The notes under the pieces are model-generated. The model was not told the origin of the DNA. It saw nothing but the letters and a program-made list of their open reading frames with translations, and searched no databases. Positions 57,801 to 64,000 of a stretch of 64,000 nucleotides of DNA are shown in pieces. The stretch lies in NCBI RefSeq assembly GCF_964204645.1, contig NW_027437466.1:16817-80816 (forward strand). The letters are read 5' to 3'. This stretch comes from Tubulanus polymorphus (lineage: Eukaryota > Animalia > Nemertea). Positions within the stretch are counted from its first letter, which is position 1. The number at the start of each line of letters is the position of its first letter. Made by a program: the position numbers and the translations under genes.

Positions 57801-60800
57801 TCCGTTTGCCAGTGTGCCGGCGGTGGTTGTTCGAAAAACGACTAAGGGCTGACCGGGCCTTAATCAGCGTTACGACCCGGCGCTGGTCAGGGAGGGAGGG
57901 AGGGAGGCAGTAGGTCGGTCGTCCATCCGTTCGTCAGTGTGCCGGCGGTGGTAGTTCGAAAAACGACTAAGTGCTGACCGGGCCTTGATCAGCGTTACGA
58001 CCCGGTGCAGTGAGGGAGGGAGGGAGGGCGGCAGTAGGTCCGTCGTCCGCCCGTTAGTCAGTGTGTCGGCGGTTGCTGTTCGAAAAACGACTAAGTGCTG
58101 ACCGGGCAATGCACAGCGTTACGACCCGGCACCGGTCAGGAAGGGAGGGAGGGTGGCAGTAGGTCGGTCGTCCATCCGTTCGTCAGTGTGCCGGCGGTGG
58201 TTGTTCGAAAAACGACTAAGTGCTGACCGGGCCTTGATCAGCGTTACGACCCGGTGCAGTGAGGGAGGGAGGGAGGCACTAGGACAGTCGTCCGCCCGTT
58301 AGTTAGTGTGTCGGCGGTTGTTGTTCGAAAAACGACTAAGTGCTGACCGGGCCATGAACAGCGTTACGACCCGGCACCGGTCAGGAAGGGAGGGAGGGTG
58401 GCAGTAGGTCGGTCGTCCGTTCGTTCGTCAGTGTGCCGGCGGTGGTTGTTCGAAAAACGACTAAGTGCTGACCGGGCCTTGATCAGCGTTACGACCCGGT
58501 GCAGTGAGGGAGGGAGGGAGGCAGTAGGTCGGTCGTCCGTCCGTTCGTCAGTGTGCCGGCGGTGGTTGTTCGAAAAACGACTAAGTGTTGACCGGATCTT
58601 GATCAGCGTTACGACCCGGTGCAGTGAGGGAGGGAGGGAGGGAGGGAGGCAGTAGGTCGGTCGTCCATCCGTTCGTCACTGTGCCGGCGGTGGTTGTTCG
58701 AAAAACGACTAAGTGCTGACCGGGCCTAGATCAGCGTTACGACCCGGTGCAGTGAGGGAATGAGGGAGGGAGGCAGTAGGTCGGTCGTCCGTCCGTTCGT
58801 CAGTGTGCCGGCGTTGGTTGTTCGAAAAACGACTAAGTGCTGACCGGGCCATGAACAGCGTTACGACCCGGCACCGGTCAGGGAGGGAGGGAGGCAGTAG
58901 GTCGGTCGTCCATCTGTTCGTCAGTGTGCCGGCGGTGGTTATTCGAAAAACGACTAAGTGCTGACCGGGCCTTGATCAGCGTTACGACCCGGTGCTGTGA
59001 GGGAGGGAGGGAGGCAGTAGGTCGGTCGTCCATCCGTTCGTCAGTGTGTCGGCGGTTGCTGTTCGAAAAACGACTAAGTGCTGACCGGGCCATGAACAGC
59101 GTTACGACCCGGCACCGGTCAGGAAGGGAGGGAGGGTGGCAGTAGGTCGGTCGTCCGTCCGTTCGTCAGTGTGCCGGCGGTGGTTGTTCGAAAAACGACT
59201 AAGTGCTGACCGGGCCTAGATCAGCGTTACGACCCGGTGCAGTGAGGGAATGAGGGAGGGAGGCAGTAGGTCGGTCGTCCATCCGTTCGTCAGTGTGCCG
59301 GCGGTGGTTGTTCGAAAAACGACTAAGTGCTGACCGGGCCTAGATCAGCGTTACGACCCGGTGCAGTGAGGGAATGAGGGAGGGAGGCAGTAGGTCGGTC
59401 GTCCGTCCGTTCGTCAGTGTGCCGGCGGTGGTTGTTCGAAAAACGACTAAGTGCTGACCGGGCCTTGATCAGCGTTACGACCCGGTGCAGTGAGGGAGGG
59501 AGGGAGGCACTAGGACAGTCGTCCGCCCGTTAGTCAGTGTGTCGGCGGTTGTTGTTCGAAAAACGACTAAGTGCTGACCGGGCCATGAACAGCGTTACGA
59601 CCCGGCACCGGTCAGGAAAGGAGGGAGGGAGGCAGTAGGTCGGTCGTCCATCCGTTCGTCAGTGTGCCGGCGGTGGTTGTTCGAAAAACGACTAAGTGCT
59701 GACCGGGCCTTGATCAGCGTTACGACCCGGTGCTGTGAGGGAGGGAGGGAGGGAGGCAGTAGGTCGGTCGTCCATCCGTTCGTCAGTGTGTCGGCGGTTG
59801 CTGTTCGAAAAACGACTAAGTGCTGACCGGGCCATGAACAGCGTTACGACCCGACACCGGTCAGGAAGGGAGGGAGGGTGGCAGTAGGTCGGTCGTCCAT
59901 CCGTTCGTCAGTGTGCCGGCGGTGGTTGTTCGAAAAACGACTAAGTGCTGACCGGGCCTTAATCAGCGTTACGACCCGGCACCGGTCAGGGAGGGAGGGA
60001 GGGAGGCAGTAGGTCGGTCGTCCGTCCGTTCGCCAGTGTGCCGGCGGTGGTTGTTCGAAAAACGACTAAGGGCTGACCGGGCCTTAATCAGCGTAACGAC
60101 CCGGCGCTGGTCAGGGAGGGAGGGAGGGAGGCAGTAGGTCGGTCGTCCATCCGTTCGTCAGTGTGCCGGCGGTGGTAGTTCGAAAAACGACTAAGTGCTG
60201 ATCGGGCCTTGATCAGCGTTACCACCCGGTGCAGTGAGGGAGGGAGGGAGGCACTAGGACAGTCGTCCGCCCGTTAGTCAGTGTGTCGGCGGTTGTTGTT
60301 CGAAAAACGACTAAGTGCTGACCGGGCCATGAACAGCGTTACGACCCGGCACCGGTCAGGAAGGGAGGGAGGGTGGCAGTAGGTCGGTCGTCCGTCCGTT
60401 CGTCAGTGTGCCGGCGGTGGTTGTTCGAAAAACGACTAAGTGCTGACCGGGCCTTAATCAGCGTTACGACCCGGCACCGGTCAGGGAGGGAGGGAGGGAG
60501 GCAGTAGGTCGGTCGTCCGTCCGTTCGTCAGTGTGCCGGCGGTGGTTGTTCGAAAAACGACTAAGTGCTGACCGGGCCTTGATCAGCGTTACGAACCGGA
60601 GCAGTGAGGGAGGGAGGGAGGGAGGCAGTAGGTCGGTCGTCCGTCCGTTTGCCAGTGTGCCGGCGGTGGTTGTTCGAAAAACGACTAAGGGCTGACCGGG
60701 CCTTAATCAGCGTTACGACCCGGCGCTGGTCAGGGAGGGAGGGAGGGAGGCAGTAGGTCGGTCGTCCATCCGTTCGTCAGTGTGCCGGCGGTGGTAGTTC

Positions 60801-63800
60801 GAAAAACGACTAAGTGCTGACCGGGCCTTGATCAGCGTTACGACCCGGTGCAGTGAGGGAGGGAGGGAGGGCGGCAGTAGGTCCGTCGTCCGCCCGTTAG
60901 TCAGTGTGTCGGCGGTTGCTGTTCGAAAAACGACTAAGTGCTGACCGGGCAATGCACAGCGTTACGACCCGGCACCGGTCAGGAAGGGAGGGAGGGTGGC
61001 AGTAGGTCGGTCGTCCATCCGTTCGTCAGTGTGCCGGCGGTGGTTGTTCGAAAAACGACTAAGTGCTGACCGGGCCTTGATCAGCGTTACGACCCGGTGC
61101 AGTGAGGGAGGGAGGGAGGCACTAGGACAGTCGTCCGCCCGTTAGTCAGTGTGTCGGCGGTTGTTGTTCGAAAAACGACTAAGTGCTGACCGGGCCATGA
61201 ACAGCGTTACGACCCGGCACCGGTCAGGAAGGGAGGGAGGGTGGCAGTAGGTCGGTCGTCCGTTCGTTCGTCAGTGTGCCGGCGGTGGTTGTTCGAAAAA
61301 CGACTAAGTGCTGACCGGGCCTTGATCAGCGTTACGACCCGGTGCAGTGAGGGAGGGAGGGAGGCAGTAGGTCGGTCGTCCGTCCGTTCGTCAGTGTGCC
61401 GGCGGTGGTTGTTCGAAAAACGACTAAGTGTTGACCGGATCTTGATCAGCGTTACGACCCGGTGCAGTGAGGGAGGGAGGGAGGGAGGGAGGCAGTAGGT
61501 CGGTCGTCCATCCGTTCGTCAGTGTGCCGGCGGTGGTTGTTCGAAAAACGACTAAGTGCTGACCGGGCCTAGATCAGCGTTACGACCCGGTGCAGTGAGG
61601 GAATGAGGGAGGGAGGCAGTAGGTCGGTCGTCCGTCCGTTCGTCAGTGTGCCGGCGGTGGTTGTTCGAAAAACGACTAAGTGCTGACCGGGCCATGAACA
61701 GCGTTACGACCCGGCACCGGTCAGGGAGGGAGGGAGGCAGTAGGTCGGTCGTCCATCTGTTCGTCAGTGTGCCGGCGGTGGTTATTCGAAAAACGACTAA
61801 GTGCTGACCGGGCCTTGATCAGCGTTACGACCCGGTGCTGTGAGGGAGGGAGGGAGGCAGTAGGTCGGTCGTCCATCCGTTCGTCAGTGTGTCGGCGGTT
61901 GCTGTTCGAAAAACGACTAAGTGCTGACCGGGCCATGAACAGCGTTACGACCCGGCACCGGTCAGGAAGGGAGGGAGGGTGGCAGTAGGTCGGTCGTCCG
62001 TCCGTTCGTCAGTGTGCCGGCGGTGGTTGTTCGAAAAACGACTAAGTGCTGACCGGGCCTTGATCAGCGTTACGACCCGGTGCAGTGAGGGAGGGAGGGA
62101 GGCAGTAGGTCGGTCGTCCGTCCGTTCGTCAGTGTGCCGGCGGTGGTTGTTCGAAAAACGACTAAGTGCTGACCGGATCTTGATCAGCGTTACGACCCGG
62201 TGCAGTGAGGGAGGGAGGGAGGGAGGCAGTAGGTCGGTCGTCCGTCCGTTCGTCAGTGTGCCGGCGGTGGTTGTTCGAAAAACGACTAAGTGCTGACCGG
62301 GCCTTGATCAGCGTTACGACCCGGTGCAGTGAGGGAGGGAGGGAGGCAGTAGGTCGGTCGTCCGTCCGTTCGCCAGTGTGCCGCTGGTGGTTGTTCGAAA
62401 AACGACTAAGTGCTGACCGGGCCTTGATCAACGTTACGACCCGGAGCAGTGAGGGAGGGAGGGAGGCAGTAGGTCGGTCGTCCGTCCGTTCGCCAGTGTG
62501 CCGCTGGTGGTTGTTCGAAAAACGACTAAGTGCTGACCGGGCCTTGATCAGCGTTACGACCCGGTGCAGTGAGGGAGGGAGGGAGGGAGGGAGGCAGTAG
62601 GTCGGTCGTCCATCCGTTCGTCAGTGTGCCGGCGGTGGTTGTTCGAAAAACGACTAAGTGCTGAGCGGGCCTTGATCAGCGTTACGGCCCGGTGCAGTGA
62701 GGGAGGGAGGGAGGGAGGCAGTAGGTCGGTCGTCCATCCGTTCGTCAGTGTGCCGGCGGTGGTTGTTCGAAAAACGACTAAGTGCTGACCGGGCCATGAT
62801 CAGCGTTACGACCCGGTGCAGTGAGGGAGGGAGGGAGGCACTAGGACAGTCGTCCGCCCGTTAGTCAGTGTTTCGGCGGTTGTTGTTCGAAAAACGACTA
62901 AGTGCTGACCGGGCCATGAACAGCGTTACGACCCGGCACCGGTCAGGAAGGGAGGGAGGGAGGCAGTAGGTCGGTCGTCCATCCGTTCGTCAGTGTGCCG
63001 GCGGTGGTAGTTCGAAAAACGACTAAGTGCTGACCGGGCCTTGATCAGCGTTACGACCCGGTGCAGTGAGGGAGGGAGGGAGGCAGTAGGTCGGTCGTCC
63101 GTCCGTTCGTCAGTGTGCCGGCGGTGGTAGTTCGAAAAACGACTAAGTGCTGACCGGGCCTTGATCAGCGTTACGACCCGGTGCAGTGAGGGAGGGAGGG
63201 AGGCAGTAGGTCGGTCGTCCATCCGTTCGTCAGTGTGCCGGCGGTGGTAGTTCGAAAAACGACTAAGTGCTGACCGGGCCTTGATCAGCGTTACGACCCG
63301 GTGCAGTGAGGGAGGGAGGGAGGCAGTAGGTCGGTCGTCCGTCCGTTCGTCAGTGTGCCGGCGGTGGTTGTTCGAAAAACGACTAAGTGCTGACCGGGCC
63401 TTAATCAGCGGTATGACCCGGCGCTGGTCAGGGAGGGAGGGAGGGAGGCAGTAGGTCGGTCGTCCATCCGTTCGTCAGTGTGCCGGCGGTGGTAGTTCGA
63501 AAAACGACTAAGTGCTGACCGGGCCTTGATCAGCGTTACGACCCGGCACCGGTCAGGAAGGGAGGGAGGGTGGCAGTAGGTCCGTCGTCCGCCCGTTAGT
63601 CAGTGTGTCGGCGGTTGCTGTTCGAAAAACGACTAAGTGCTGACCGGGCCATGAACAGCGTTACGACCCGGCACCGGTCAGGAAGGGAGGGAGGGTGGCA
63701 GTAGGTCGGTCGTCCGTTCGTTCGTCAGTGTGCCGGCGGTGGTAGTTCGAAAAACGACTAAGTGCTGACCGGGCCTTGATCAGCGTTACGACCCGGTGCA

Positions 63801-64000
63801 GTGAGGGAGGGAGGGAGGCACTAGGACAGTCGTCCGCCCGTTAGTCAGTGTGTCGGCGGTTGTTGTTCGAAAAACGACTAAGTGCTGACCGGGCCATGAA
63901 CAGCGTTACGACCCGGCACCGGTCAAGAAGGGAGGGAGGGTGGCAGTAGGTCGGTCGTCCGTTCGTTCGTCAGTGTGCCGGCGGTGGTAGTTCGAAAAAC

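Larger units (their letters stand above)
16281..64000. repeat. Satellite DNA array, ~120-bp GC/CpG-rich monomer, ~390 head-to-tail copies, continues beyond the window
   Basis: Consensus cagtaggtcggtcgtccgtccgttcgtcagtgtgccggcggtggttgttcgaaaaacgactaagtgctgaccgggccttgatcagcgttacgacccggagcagtgagggagggagggagg (120 bp; 74 G+C; 13 CpG); single orientation; no non-satellite insertion seen. Confidence 0.98.

Noticed and set aside
16765-63222. Numerous ORFs (FEKRLSADRALISVTTR / REGG repeats, up to 235 aa) on both strands
   Set aside because: They arise because the 120-bp GC-rich monomer is a multiple of 3; the frames are broken at random by 4-bp GGGA slips, with no sign of coding constraint

Overview
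Eukaryotic, probably invertebrate, DNA in two sharply different compartments. (1) 1-16,280 is AT-rich and made mostly of transposon remnants, with no intact host gene recognised. It holds a Kolobok-like 5' end, a branched 20-bp hairpin followed by four compact virus-like ORFs (one with a CxC...H...H zinc-finger motif), a decayed LINE RT fragment, two PIF/Harbinger-type MITEs (one inserted in an older copy of itself), several minisatellites, and a spliced minus-strand gene remnant missed by the ORF track (three phase-compatible exons, provisionally resembling a DUF3987/YfjI helicase C-terminus). A ~630-700 bp sequence carrying 73-bp-spaced 18-bp palindromes occurs twice in inverted orientation (9274-~9900 and ~15577-16282); the right copy carries a 32-bp palindromic insertion with a 7-bp TSD that looks like a P-element excision footprint. 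(2) 16,281-64,000 (runs off the window) is one uninterrupted head-to-tail satellite array of a ~120-bp, ~62% GC, CpG-rich monomer (~390 copies) with an internal (GGGA)n tract. It shows nested higher-order duplications (719, 842, 1213, ~2066, 2302, 2487, 2843, ~7.5k, 8805 and 12,840 bp offsets) and locally expanded (GGGA)n runs. All ORFs inside the array are repeat artefacts. Family assignments come from motif recognition only; no database search was run.
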